This document shows positions 31,274 through 41,826 of a DNA stretch of 64,000 bases, piece after piece; positions within the stretch are counted from its first letter, which is position 1; each line of letters begins with the position of its first letter. A model generated the notes under the pieces. It ran no database searches. It was not told where the DNA came from and worked only from the letters and a program-made list of their open reading frames with translations. This DNA comes from an uncultured cyanobacterium (GTDB lineage: Bacteria > Cyanobacteriota > Cyanobacteriia > Cyanobacteriales > CAWCAG01): positions 256,001-320,000 of the forward strand of contig CAWCAG010000009.1 of NCBI GenBank assembly GCA_963793425.1, in the 5' to 3' direction. The position numbers and the translations under genes were made by a program.

Positions 31274-31407
31274 AAACTACAGATAAGAAACAACAAAAAC
31301 CTCCCCTCGACCTCTCTCCCTTACCTCTGCCAAAGCCCTTGACAGATTGCGTTTTGGCTTAACTTGTCACGATTGCTTGCTAGGTTACACTGATGATTGT
31401 TCATTGT

Positions 31408-32280
31408 TCATTGTTCATTGATAACTGATGTTGGTGTGAAGCCGTTTTCTTGTAGTTGTTTTGCCCCTTCCTTACTGAAAGCAAAGTTAAGAAACTCAGA
31501 AGTTGCTTTTGCTGGGGTAGGGTTGTAAATAATACCAATATTGCGTACCATTTTATACTTATTGGCTTCAACATTAGCTGCGGTAGGCTCAACCCCATTA
31601 AGACTAAGACGATTAACTGATGAATTATTAGCGATCGCATAGGCAAGGGAAAAAGCACCGATACTGTGGGGAGTATCTTCCACTGCCTCAATTAATTCCC
31701 CTTCTTGGCGCATAATTATTGCTTCTGGGGCATTCTTAAGCTCTTTACCCAAATAGTATTCCCTTAACAGACGCTTTCCTGACTCATCCTCCGGTCGATC
31801 CAACAGGACGATTTCTGCATCTGGCCCCCCCACTTCTTGCCAATTAGTGATCTTTCCACTATAAATATCCTTAAGTTGCTCTGTTTGCAAATTGTTTACC
31901 CCGGTAACACTAGGATGGGTAGCAACTATCAAAGCATCTTTAGCTAATTCCCGGTAGGCAATAGAATCACTTTCTTCTTGGGGCTTTAAATTTCTACTCA
32001 TACCTCCCAAATCCACTAATCCTTGAGTCACAGCGACAATGGCACTATCTGACTGACTTTGAGGTAAAAAAGTAATTTCAGCCCCTTCCTTTTGAGCTTC
32101 GTAAGCAGCAACTAAACTTTTTAAGGCAGGATAAGTACTACCTGAACCTGTAATTTTAACTTCTTGCTGGGTTGCCACAACTCCTGTGGGTTGACTGGTT
32201 TTGGGAGTACAGCTATTGATGGAAGTTGTACTAATTGCCAATAAAATTGTCCAAAAAATGTTTAGTTTCATGGTATTCAA
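31408..32280 (-). CDS. PstS-like phosphate-binding lipoprotein (PBP2 family)
   Basis: Lipobox-like INSC, ITGSGST, VDLGGMSR, IYSGKITNWQEVGG and DRPEDES. Confidence 0.85.
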   Translation of the reverse strand: MNTMKLNIFWTILLAISTTSINSCTPKTSQPTGVVATQQEVKITGSGSTYPALKSLVAAYEAQKEGAEITFLPQSQSDSAIVAVTQGLVDLGGMSRNLKPQEESDSIAYRELAKDALIVATHPSVTGVNNLQTEQLKDIYSGKITNWQEVGGPDAEIVLLDRPEDESGKRLLREYYLGKELKNAPEAIIMRQEGELIEAVEDTPHSIGAFSLAYAIANNSSVNRLSLNGVEPTAANVEANKYKMVRNIGIIYNPTPAKATSEFLNFAFSKEGAKQLQENGFTPTSVINEQ

Positions 32281-32412
32281 ATAAGGTTTTGGGTGAAAAT
32301 TGCTAACTGACTAGTTGCTAATTGCTAATTGTCTTTGATGAACTAACAATCTCAGAACCTTCCCGCCTAAAATATATAGAGTATGTAGAGTTATGTTGAT
32401 GCCACAAAACAG

Positions 32413-34866
32413 ATGAGCGAAAAGTTAGACTGGGTTGCCTTACAAAAAGCTCTCTCTGTAGAAGCAGAACGAGGTTTTTCTGATTTAATGGGAAATCGCT
32501 ATCGCTTTAGTGAATTTCTGTGTTTGAATTTCGGTAAACGCCCTTTGGGTATGAATACAGAACAAAGAAGGCGGTGGCAGGAGCTTAGTGCCGATTTTGC
32601 TCGCTATCCTAGCTTAAGCGTCACCCAAAGGCAACACGTAATCGCAGAAGCCAGAAGATTAATCCAGCAATTACAACAGCCTCCCAAAAAAGAAGATCCT
32701 CAACCAAAAACTCCCCGTACTAATCCTGTAGTCGCAACTCAACAGGGCTATAGCTACAAAACCTTAACTTTAAATCAGCTTTTAAAAGAAGTTCCTAAAA
32801 TTGGCAAACAAAAAAGTGCTTACCTCCAACGCCTCGGCTTAACCACAGTCAGAGACTTACTCTTTTACTACCCCCGTGACTATATTGATTATGCCCGTCA
32901 AGTCAAAATAAAGGACCTCGAAGCTGGAGAAACCGTCACTATTCTGGGGGCAGTGAAGCGTTGTAATTGTTTTTCTAGTCCTAAAAATAAGAAGCTAACC
33001 ATTTTTGAATTAGTACTCAAAGATAACACCGGGCAAATTAAACTTAACCGTTTCTATGCCGGAATGCGCTACTCCAACCGAGGCTGGCAACATAAAATGA
33101 AGCGGCAATTTCCCAACGGTGCAATAGTTGCCGCTTCAGGGTTGGTGAAACAAAATAAATACGGATTTAACCTCGACACCCCAGAATTAGAGGTTATTGA
33201 CCACGCTGGGGCGAATATAGACTCTTTAAAAATAGGTAGGGTAGTTCCTGTTTATCCTTTAGCTGAGGGGGTAACAGCCGATGTGGTGAGGCGGGCCATC
33301 ATTGAGGTTTTACCAGCCATTAACCAAATTAAAGATCCTTTGCCCCCAGCTTTAATTAATTCCTATGGTTTCATGGGCTTGAAAGATGCCATTTGCCAAA
33401 TTCATTTCCCTGATAGTCAAGAAAGTCTTGCTTTAGCGAGGAGACGCTTAGTTTTTGATGAGTTTTTCTATCTCCAACTAGGTTTCCTTTCCCGTCGTCA
33501 ACAACAAAAGCAAAATCAAAGCAGTGCGGTTTTTTCCCCCACAGGTAAGCTAATTGAACAGTTTAACCAAATACTGCCCTTTGAATTAACCGATGCCCAA
33601 AAGCGAGTAACTAACGATGTCTTAGAAGAGTTACAATCCTCTACTCCCATGAATCGTTTAGTACAAGGGGATGTGGGTTCAGGAAAAACCGTTGTTTCTG
33701 TATTTGCTATTCTCACTGCCATTCAATCTGGCTATCAAGCAGCATTAATGGCTCCAACAGAAGTATTGGCAGAACAACATTATCGTAAACTAGTAAGCTG
33801 GTTCAACCTGTTGCATTTACCTGTAGAATTGCTGACAGGTTCAACCAAAGTTGCTAAACGTCGGGAAATTCATAACCAACTAGAAACAGGGGAACTTCCT
33901 TTATTAGTAGGAACCCATGCCTTAATTCAAGATCCGGTTAACTTCCAAAAACTCGGTTTAGTCGTCATTGATGAACAACATCGCTTTGGGGTACAACAAA
34001 GGGCGAGGTTATTAGATAAAGGAAAATCTCCCCACGTTCTCACCATGACAGCAACCCCTATTCCTCGTACCTTAGCTTTAACTTTACATGGGGATTTAGA
34101 TGTTTCGCAAATTGATGAACTTCCCCCAGGCAGGCAACCAATTCAAACCACAGTCTTAGCCGGGAAACAACGGCGAGATGCCTATGATTTAATTCGTCGA
34201 GAAATTGCCCAAGGCAGGCAATGTTATGTTATTTTACCCTTAATTGAAGAATCAGAAAAGCTGGATGTACGTTCAGCGGTGGAAGAGCAAGTTAAGTTAC
34301 AAGAAACTATCTTTCCTGAATTTAAAGTTGGTTTACTCCATGGGCGCATGAGTTCCGCCGATAAAGATGAATCCCTCAATGCTTTTCGGGATAATGCAAC
34401 TCAAATAATTGTTTCTACTACAGTTATTGAAGTGGGGGTAGATGTTCCTAACGCTACGGTAATGTTAATTGAAAATGCTGAACGCTTCGGCTTATCGCAG
34501 TTGCATCAATTAAGGGGAAGAGTCGGCCGTGGTTCCCACAAATCCTACTGTTTGTTGATGAGTAGTAGTAAAAATCCTGATGCACGACAGCGTTTGCAAG
34601 TGTTGGAACAATCCCAAGATGGCTTCTTTATTTCCGAGATGGATATGCGTTTTCGTGGTCCCGGAGAGGTTTTGGGGAAACGCCAATCTGGTTTACCAGA
34701 CTTCGCTTTAGCCAGTTTAGTTGAAGATAAAGAGGTTTTAGTTATTGCCAGAGAAGCAGCAGAAAAGTTGATGTTAGCAGATAAAAGTTTGGGGCATTGG
34801 TCTTCTTTACGTCAAGAGTTAAAGGAACGATATGAACGTATGAGTAGTGGTGTAGTTTTAACTTAA
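32413..34866 (+). CDS. recG: ATP-dependent DNA helicase RecG
   Basis: QGDVGSGKT, DEQHRFGV, MTATPIPRTL and QLHQLRGRVGR. Confidence 0.97.
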   Translation: MSEKLDWVALQKALSVEAERGFSDLMGNRYRFSEFLCLNFGKRPLGMNTEQRRRWQELSADFARYPSLSVTQRQHVIAEARRLIQQLQQPPKKEDPQPKTPRTNPVVATQQGYSYKTLTLNQLLKEVPKIGKQKSAYLQRLGLTTVRDLLFYYPRDYIDYARQVKIKDLEAGETVTILGAVKRCNCFSSPKNKKLTIFELVLKDNTGQIKLNRFYAGMRYSNRGWQHKMKRQFPNGAIVAASGLVKQNKYGFNLDTPELEVIDHAGANIDSLKIGRVVPVYPLAEGVTADVVRRAIIEVLPAINQIKDPLPPALINSYGFMGLKDAICQIHFPDSQESLALARRRLVFDEFFYLQLGFLSRRQQQKQNQSSAVFSPTGKLIEQFNQILPFELTDAQKRVTNDVLEELQSSTPMNRLVQGDVGSGKTVVSVFAILTAIQSGYQAALMAPTEVLAEQHYRKLVSWFNLLHLPVELLTGSTKVAKRREIHNQLETGELPLLVGTHALIQDPVNFQKLGLVVIDEQHRFGVQQRARLLDKGKSPHVLTMTATPIPRTLALTLHGDLDVSQIDELPPGRQPIQTTVLAGKQRRDAYDLIRREIAQGRQCYVILPLIEESEKLDVRSAVEEQVKLQETIFPEFKVGLLHGRMSSADKDESLNAFRDNATQIIVSTTVIEVGVDVPNATVMLIENAERFGLSQLHQLRGRVGRGSHKSYCLLMSSSKNPDARQRLQVLEQSQDGFFISEMDMRFRGPGEVLGKRQSGLPDFALASLVEDKEVLVIAREAAEKLMLADKSLGHWSSLRQELKERYERMSSGVVLT

Positions 34867-35113
34867 TGCTGAATATCTAAATAACTTTAAATATACATTG
34901 AGTAGAGAAATATTGTTTGTTTAAACTAGACTAAAAACCGATTTATTTTAGTGATTAATCCTGATACCTGTTGCTAAATTGTGTATAAATTAATTTGAGT
35001 TATTCTTTCTCTAAAAATAGCAACAGAAAACTAAATAAAAACTCTCGATATTGCTCTAACAATTTAATCTAGTTGGCACTATACTAAGTTAGCTACTTAA
35101 TAACAAGTAACCT

Positions 35114-35458
35114 ATGGATATACCTGTTAAATCAAGCTACCTGCTAATTCAAGATGCGAATATTCATTATCTCGAAGCAGGAAAAATTGATGCTCCTAGT
35201 GTAGTTTTCCTCCATGGAGCCACTTTTAGCGCCAAAACTTGGGAAGAAATTGGTAGTCTAGAAATATTAGCTGAAAAAGGTTATAGAGCGATCGCCGTAG
35301 ATTTGCCTGGTTGTGGTGACTCAGAAAGTTTATCGACAGGGGCTTTACAGGAATTCATTCAGGAATTTATTGCTAAACTCAGTCTTAATTTACCAATTTT
35401 AGTAGCCCCTTCTATGAGCGGAGGGTATAGTCTTCCTTTTATGGTTTGGCGTTATTGA
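35114..35458 (+). pseudogene. Truncated alpha/beta hydrolase (ABHD14-like)
   Basis: FLHGA, AVDLPG and PSMSG nucleophile elbow. It stops at 114 aa with no recognisable C-terminal continuation. Confidence 0.7.
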
Positions 35459-35655
35459 TCTTATATCCTAGGAATTAATATCAGATTTTTTTATTAAATA
35501 AATAAGGCAATTACCCCAAACCAACCCAGTAAAGTTGCTATCATAACAGCCATGTAAGCTAGTGTATTCCTGGTCAGAAATTATCTCCAGTTAAGTAAAA
35601 AGCTCCCCTCTTCCCCATCTAGCCTGTCAAACAACCAACTTCAAAAATATATTTT

Positions 35656-37293
35656 ATGAAAGTTTTACTTCTTTATCCTTTATTTCCCAAAAGTTTCTGG
35701 TCTTTTGAAAAAACCATAGGTTTGCTTGGACATAAAGCGATGATTCCTCCTTTAGGATTAATAACCATAGCGGCTATCCTGCCTCAAGAATGGGAATATA
35801 GGTTAGTTGACCGTAACGTGGGGGATATCACTGAAGCTGATTGGGAATGGTGTGATTTAGTCATTCTTTCAGCAATGATTGTGCAAAAAGAAGACTTATT
35901 AAATCAAGTTAAAGAAGCAAAAAGAAGAAATAAGAAAGTAGCAGCCGGGGGACCTTATGTTACGGCTTTATCAGAGGAAGTCAAAGCAGTTGGGACAGAT
36001 TATCTCATTTTGGACGAAGGGGAAATTACCATACCCCTATTTGTTGAAGCCCTAGCTAGGGGAGAAACTTCAGGAACATTTAGTGCCGAAGGAGTAAAAC
36101 CTGATGTTGGTATCACTCCGATTCCTCGCTTTGAACTGTTGGATTTTGATGCCTATGCAGAAATGGCAGTACAGTTTTCTAGGGGTTGCCCTTTTCAGTG
36201 TGAATTTTGCGATATCATTGTTCTCTACGGCCGCAAACCCCGCACCAAAACACCAAAACAGCTAATTGCTGAACTAGAAAGACTCTACGAACTAGGTTGG
36301 CGGCGTAGCATTTTTATGGTGGATGATAACTTCATCGGCAATAAACGCAACGTTAAACTATTGCTGAGGGAGTTGCAACCTTGGATGGAAGAGCGTGGCT
36401 ATCCCTTTTCTATTAGTACAGAAGCCTCTGTAGACTTAGCCAACGATCAAGAATTGATGGATCTTATGACTGCTTGTGGTTTTGGGGCAGTTTTCTTGGG
36501 TATTGAAACTCCCGACGAAGGAAGTTTAGCAATCACTCAGAAATTTCAGAATACGAGAGATCCTCTCAGCGAATCCGTAGAGAAAATTGTCAAATCTGGT
36601 TTGCGAGTTATGGCTGGATTTATTATTGGCTTTGATGGGGAAAAAGCTGGGGCAGGGGAGCGCATTGTTGAATTTGTGGAAAAAACCACCATCCCCACTG
36701 GGGTTTTCAGTATGTTACAAGCCTTGCCTGATACTGCCCTGTGGCATCGCCTCAAAAAAGAAGGTAGGCTGCAAGAAGAGTCAGCCAATATTAACCAAAC
36801 AACCTTAATGAACTTTGTTCCTACCCGCCCTATTGAAGATATTGCCAAGGAATATGTACAAGCATTTTGGGATTTATACGAACCAAAAAACTTTTTAGAG
36901 CGGACTTATCGCCACTACCGCATTTTAGGAGAAGCCCCTTGCCATAAGCAACGTCAGCTCAAAAAGAAGGATAGTACCAAGATTTCTAAGGGGAAAAAGC
37001 AGTCCACAGCGAAGCTACTCAAAGCTATGCTGATTATCTTTTGGCAACAGGGAGTGGTACGGGATACCCGTTGGAAGTTTTGGCCTTATCTGTTTAGTAT
37101 GTGGAAGCATAATCGTGGAGGCATAGGCAGTTATCTAAGTGTTTGCGCCCAGATTGAACATTTTGTTGAGTATCGTCAAGAGGTAAAAGAACAAATTGAA
37201 TCCCAATTAGCAGCGTTTTTAGCCGAAGAAGAGAAATTAAAAATTAAGGTGGTTGAAAAAGAAAAAGAAGAAAGCCTTAAGGCGATCGCTTGA
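35656..37293 (+). CDS. B12-binding radical SAM protein (DUF4070)
   Basis: PPLGLITIAA, RGCPFQCEFC (CxxxCxxC) and VDDNFIGN. Confidence 0.92.
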   Translation: MKVLLLYPLFPKSFWSFEKTIGLLGHKAMIPPLGLITIAAILPQEWEYRLVDRNVGDITEADWEWCDLVILSAMIVQKEDLLNQVKEAKRRNKKVAAGGPYVTALSEEVKAVGTDYLILDEGEITIPLFVEALARGETSGTFSAEGVKPDVGITPIPRFELLDFDAYAEMAVQFSRGCPFQCEFCDIIVLYGRKPRTKTPKQLIAELERLYELGWRRSIFMVDDNFIGNKRNVKLLLRELQPWMEERGYPFSISTEASVDLANDQELMDLMTACGFGAVFLGIETPDEGSLAITQKFQNTRDPLSESVEKIVKSGLRVMAGFIIGFDGEKAGAGERIVEFVEKTTIPTGVFSMLQALPDTALWHRLKKEGRLQEESANINQTTLMNFVPTRPIEDIAKEYVQAFWDLYEPKNFLERTYRHYRILGEAPCHKQRQLKKKDSTKISKGKKQSTAKLLKAMLIIFWQQGVVRDTRWKFWPYLFSMWKHNRGGIGSYLSVCAQIEHFVEYRQEVKEQIESQLAAFLAEEEKLKIKVVEKEKEESLKAIA

Positions 37294-37369
37294 TTAAATA
37301 ATGCTAATGGCTAGTGGCTAGTAGCTAGTGGCTAATTGTTTGACTTATTCATCTTCCTGACCCATAAAA

Positions 37370-38092
37370 TTGTTAGGGAGATGTTTTGTTAGAATCGTAC
37401 TGAGTAATTTGGTAAGTTTAGCCATGAAAGAGGGCAATGCAGAAAAAATGAACTTAAAAGAAGTTCATCGGCTGTTGGGATGGCAAAAACACTCAACAAT
37501 GGGCAAATATGAAGATATACTTTCCTTGGAACCATTAACGGAATTTGAACAAGGGGAATTAACCCAGATTGCCAGAGATTTTGAGCGTTACTTAAATGCA
37601 GATAAAGTCTCAGAAGGACTCATTAAAGCCCTAACCACCTTTCCTCTGCTGCGATTAGCTGGATTCTATCGTGTTCCCGTAGAGTTGAAACTTGAAGAAG
37701 CAATTGCGTGTATTGAAGTTGAAGATGAAGAGACAATTATCACAGGACGCTTTGATATTTTAGCAATTAATCCGAACCAAATCCCCGATGAACAAGTCTT
37801 TTGGATGCTTATTATCGAAGCCAAGAATAGTTCTATTGAGCTTAGGGCCGGGTTATCTCAACTTTTAGTCTATACCTATAGTAGCTTGAAGTTTCAATCT
37901 GAAACTTGGGGAATGCTAACTAACGGCATTAATTATCAATTTGTTCATTGCCAAAGTGGTACATATCCTCTGTATCAACTTTTCCCTCCCCTACATTTAT
38001 TTGAGGGCGATCGCGCGGTGCAAATTCTTCAAAGCCTTAAAGCAATTTGTCAGTTACAAAAACCCCTAACTAATGCCATACTTGCTTCCTGA
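37370..38092 (+). CDS. Restriction-endonuclease-like protein (HsdR N-terminal / PD-(D/E)XK type)
   Basis: GRFDIL...IIEAKN...QLLVY...GMLTNG. Start uncertain. Confidence 0.78.
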   Translation: MLGRCFVRIVLSNLVSLAMKEGNAEKMNLKEVHRLLGWQKHSTMGKYEDILSLEPLTEFEQGELTQIARDFERYLNADKVSEGLIKALTTFPLLRLAGFYRVPVELKLEEAIACIEVEDEETIITGRFDILAINPNQIPDEQVFWMLIIEAKNSSIELRAGLSQLLVYTYSSLKFQSETWGMLTNGINYQFVHCQSGTYPLYQLFPPLHLFEGDRAVQILQSLKAICQLQKPLTNAILAS

Positions 38093-38254
38093 AAGTGAAA
38101 CAGTATTATTAGCCCATACTTCAGTTTTTGGCATCCTCTTTAAGGATAAATAGACAGTTTCTCACAAGTTAATTTACAATCACTAGAGACAGATGTACTA
38201 GGACAAATCATTTAATTAAGCTAACGAAGTATAGTTAAATGCCTTGAACCTATT

Positions 38255-39769
38255 ATGATCTCTTTACCTGGAAAACCAGCCTCTTTTTGGATTGATTCTA
38301 CATTAGAAACTAATTATCCCACTTTAATTAATGATGTTAGCGTTGATGTCGCTATTGTGGGAGGGGGAATTGCTGGTATAACCGCAGCCATGCTGCTAAA
38401 ACAAGCTGGCAAAACCGTTGCAATTGTGGAAGCAGAGAGTATTGCCACAGGAGTTAGCGGACATACGACAGCGAAAGTTACTTCCTTGCATCAACTTATT
38501 TATGCTGACTTAATTAAAGAGTTTGGTGAAGATAAAGCCAGGATTTACGCCGAATCTAACCAAGCCGGGGTTGAACAAGTAGCTGACTTGGTTGCCCAAG
38601 AAGGGATTGATTGTGACTTTAGTCGCCAAAGTACTTATACCTTCGCTGATTCGGCTAAGCATCTTGACAAAATTGAAGCTGAATGTGAAGCTGCTTTGAA
38701 AGTTGGGCTTCCGGCTTCTTTTGTCAAAGAATCTTCCTTGCCTTTTGATATTGTCGGGGCTGTTAAAGTAGACAATCAAGCCCAGTTTCATGTTCGCAAG
38801 TATCTACTGCATCTAGCTGATAAAATTGCTGGTGATGGTAGTTATATTTTTGAGAATTCTAGAGTAGAAAAGGTTGAAGAAGGTGCGCCTTGTGAGGTAA
38901 TGACTAGCCAAGGGAAGGTAAAAGCCCAAGATGTTCTCGTTACAACTAATTTGCCGATTCTCGATCAAGGACTTTTCTTTGCTAAATCCTATCCTAAACG
39001 TTCTTATATTATTGGTGCAGCAATTGACCCAGAGAAAGCACCAGAAGGAATGTTTATTGGCGTAGGGGATAACTACCACTCTATTCGCACTACCCCTTAC
39101 CAAGGAGGTAAACTACTCCTTATTGGTGGCGAAGGACATAAAGTCGGGGCTATTTCTAATACCGAAGAAAAATACCTTGCTTTAGAAGAATATGGACGTT
39201 CTCACTTTGGTATTGACAAATTTGACTATCGTTGGTCTAGTCAGGATATGGTTTCTTTTGATAAGTTACCTTATATTGGCAAACTGACCCCAGCTAACAA
39301 ACATATCTACGTTGCCACAGGGTTTAGTCTTTGGGGCATGAGTAAAGGTACAATGGCAGGAATGTTGCTGAAAGATTTGGTTTTAGGACAAGAAAATTCT
39401 TGGGCTGATCTTTATGAAGCTACCCGCGCAACTCCTTTTGTAACCAAAGAGTCTTTGAAAAACAATGCTGAGGTAGGATTAAATTGGATTGGCGATCGCC
39501 TAAAAGCCCTGAAAAATCCTTCCTTAGCTGATGTGGGTGTTGGAGAAGGTAAAATCGTTCTTGTAGACAAAGAACCTACAGCAGTTTATAAAGATGAACA
39601 AGGGGAAATCCATGCAGTTTCTCCTGTTTGTACTCATTTAGCTTGCATTGTTAACTGGAATAGTGCCGAAAAGAGTTGGGATTGTCCTTGTCATGGTGCG
39701 CGTTTTAGTTGCGAAGGTAAAGTGCTTCAAGGGCCAGCAGTTACAGATTTAGAAAAGAAAGTTATTTAG
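38255..39769 (+). CDS. FAD-dependent oxidoreductase with C-terminal Rieske domain (YhfW-like)
   Basis: GGGIAG and GHTTAK motifs; Rieske CTHLAC...WDCPCHGARF. Confidence 0.92.
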   Translation: MISLPGKPASFWIDSTLETNYPTLINDVSVDVAIVGGGIAGITAAMLLKQAGKTVAIVEAESIATGVSGHTTAKVTSLHQLIYADLIKEFGEDKARIYAESNQAGVEQVADLVAQEGIDCDFSRQSTYTFADSAKHLDKIEAECEAALKVGLPASFVKESSLPFDIVGAVKVDNQAQFHVRKYLLHLADKIAGDGSYIFENSRVEKVEEGAPCEVMTSQGKVKAQDVLVTTNLPILDQGLFFAKSYPKRSYIIGAAIDPEKAPEGMFIGVGDNYHSIRTTPYQGGKLLLIGGEGHKVGAISNTEEKYLALEEYGRSHFGIDKFDYRWSSQDMVSFDKLPYIGKLTPANKHIYVATGFSLWGMSKGTMAGMLLKDLVLGQENSWADLYEATRATPFVTKESLKNNAEVGLNWIGDRLKALKNPSLADVGVGEGKIVLVDKEPTAVYKDEQGEIHAVSPVCTHLACIVNWNSAEKSWDCPCHGARFSCEGKVLQGPAVTDLEKKVI

Positions 39770-39805
39770 GTTAATTACCACTGAATTCAGCATAATAAAA
39801 TAATT

Positions 39806-39855
39806 ACCAACATTGCTACTTTAAAACATCAAAAAGCTAGTAATGTTGGTTTTTT
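39806..39855 (+). terminator. Putative intrinsic terminator
   Basis: ACCAACATT...AATGTTGGT stem followed by a T run. Confidence 0.55.
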
Positions 39856-40072
39856 AATAGAAGGCTTGATTTATTTCAGTAGATAGTTGGTCATATCAAG
39901 TAATTAAAACCAACGAAATTTCCCTTCTTTCAAATTATCAAGCAACTCTTACGTAAATATTCTTACATTTATTTTTTTAATGAAGTTGCTTTATTGCTAT
40001 TTACTTTGTGGGGGATATAACCATAACATAATTATGAGGCAAGTGAAAGCAAAAATTTATACAAAAAAAATA

Positions 40073-40960
40073 ATGAGACTACTTAGAAAAACTGTACTCA
40101 ACAAAATTACCCTCGCCACTACTGCTGGCACTTTTTTCTGTATTGGGGCAATAGCTAATTCTGCTGAGGCGGCTAGTTTCAACTTTTCTTACACTTTTCA
40201 GAATAAGGAGGATGTTCTCAGTGGGATCTTAGAAGGGGAAGTTCAAGCAGATAATGATACAGTTATCGTTTCTGAGATCACTATGCCTAGCTTAAATGGT
40301 GATTTAGGCCCCGACTTACCTTTCGTAGATTCTATAGTTGAAATTGTTTCAACACTTGATCTACCTACCTTAATTAGATTACTCAGTTCAGACTCACCTT
40401 CTTTTGGATCTCTAGTTGACCTTACAGCAGCGCCTTTAGGAAATCCAAAGGTTAGCTTCAGTGGTCAGGTTATGGATATTATTACCTGTTCCCTTCCAGA
40501 GTGTGATGACGGCTTTGTGTTTGAAAGTGGCGGCTTAATTGGTGCGCCTTTATTCAGTAGCAGTCCATCTTACGGTAATAGTCCTGCTGAAACCTACGAT
40601 CCAAGCAGATGGCAGCTTACTGCTAACACACCAACTCCAACTCCGACTCCAACTCCAACTCCAACTCCAACTCCAACTCCAACTCCAACTCCAACCCCGA
40701 CTCCAACTCCAACTCCAACTCCAACCCCGACTCCAACTCCAACTCCAACCCCGACTCCAACTCCAACTCCAACCCCGACTCCAACTCCAACTCCAACCCC
40801 GACTCCAACTCCGACTCCAACACCAACACCAACACCAACACCAACACCAACACCTGAACCAACTTCCGTACCTGAACCAGCTTCAATACTAAGTCTTCTG
40901 GCTATGGGTACTTTAGGTGTTGCTTCTAAGTTGAAGGGCAGCAAAAAGAAAAAGCCTTAA
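40073..40960 (+). CDS. PEP-CTERM surface protein with Thr-Pro linker
   Basis: Signal peptide ending AEAA; C-terminal VPEP + TM + basic tail (KKKKP). Confidence 0.9.
   Translation: MRLLRKTVLNKITLATTAGTFFCIGAIANSAEAASFNFSYTFQNKEDVLSGILEGEVQADNDTVIVSEITMPSLNGDLGPDLPFVDSIVEIVSTLDLPTLIRLLSSDSPSFGSLVDLTAAPLGNPKVSFSGQVMDIITCSLPECDDGFVFESGGLIGAPLFSSSPSYGNSPAETYDPSRWQLTANTPTPTPTPTPTPTPTPTPTPTPTPTPTPTPTPTPTPTPTPTPTPTPTPTPTPTPTPTPTPTPTPTPTPTPTPTPTPEPTSVPEPASILSLLAMGTLGVASKLKGSKKKKP
40628..40855 (+). repeat. Hexamer tandem repeat (ACNCCN x38) encoding (TP)38
   Basis: Direct count, 228 bp. Confidence 0.95.
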
Positions 40961-41069
40961 TTATTTAGATACTTAGCGGGCAAACATCAGGATGTATATT
41001 TCATTGCGTTGCAAAACTCTTGGGCTGCCTCCAACCGAGAAGTTTGCCCCATCAAAACACAACGGGTAA

Positions 41070-41700
41070 TTGACATCCTCCCCGACCTATTCGCGTAGCG
41101 TTGCCGCAGGCTAAGGTACGGGGATTCCCTATCTACCCAAACAACGACAGTTGCACGGGTTCTAGTTGGGTTGACGTTTCACAGGTTGCTGCTACAGTTG
41201 TAGTATAGCTGCCTACCTCCACGTCCGTTTCTTGCTCCGCGTTCCCTTGGGTCTTTCGGCGGCGCGGGTTCGGTGCGCTTTAGAGTCTCAGGGTGTCCCC
41301 CCGCGACTAAGATATTTACAGCAGCATTTACAGAAGGTCGCCTATCTTAGCTATGTATACTTTGTTTCCCTTGAGTCGGAATCCTGATTTGGTGAAGCTA
41401 GCAGCTTGCTTATTGCTTCGCTTCTTAAACCTGGGAGGCTTGATCTTGGTTCCCTTTCTTTTGCCTTGCAGGGAGTTAAAAAAGTTCTTATATGCTGTAG
41501 AAAGGTTTTTTAATGACTGCTGTAACGAGACTGCTGAGACTTGGTTTAGCCATTTCCTTTCTTCTGTCTTTTTTGTTTGGGTTAATCGTTTACATAAACT
41601 GTTGTAGCTTAAGGCTTTTCTACTACTTTTGCACAAAGCAACTGCATCGTTCCAAACTACACGAGTACAGCCAAACAGTTGAGCAAGTTTTTGTGTTTGG
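41070..41700 (-). mobile_element. tnpB: IS200/IS605 remnant: internally deleted tnpB plus right end
   Basis: QKLAQLFGCTRVVWND...LQQSLKNLSTAYKNFF...PRFKK is fused to NAAVNILVAGG. The right-end hairpin GGAATCCCCGTACC...GGTCGGGGAGGATGTCAA follows. Confidence 0.85.
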
Positions 41701-41826
41701 TAAATGTGCTAAAATCAAGGGAGAAAATCAAATAATTTTAAGCAGTTTAGGGCGAAAGTAAAAGCTTTTCGCCGTATTTGTAGTATTTAACTGAATTATT
41801 TTCAATTTAATGGAGTTTTAAACCCT

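Noticed and set aside
31078..31362. 94-aa ORF
   Set aside because: It overlaps a REP-like composite palindrome and has no protein-like features
40539..40944. ORFs with poly-LQ, poly-GV and poly-LE tracts (40539-40892, 40594-40944, 40623-40886)
   Set aside because: These are alternative-frame readings of the (TP)n hexamer repeat in the PEP-CTERM gene
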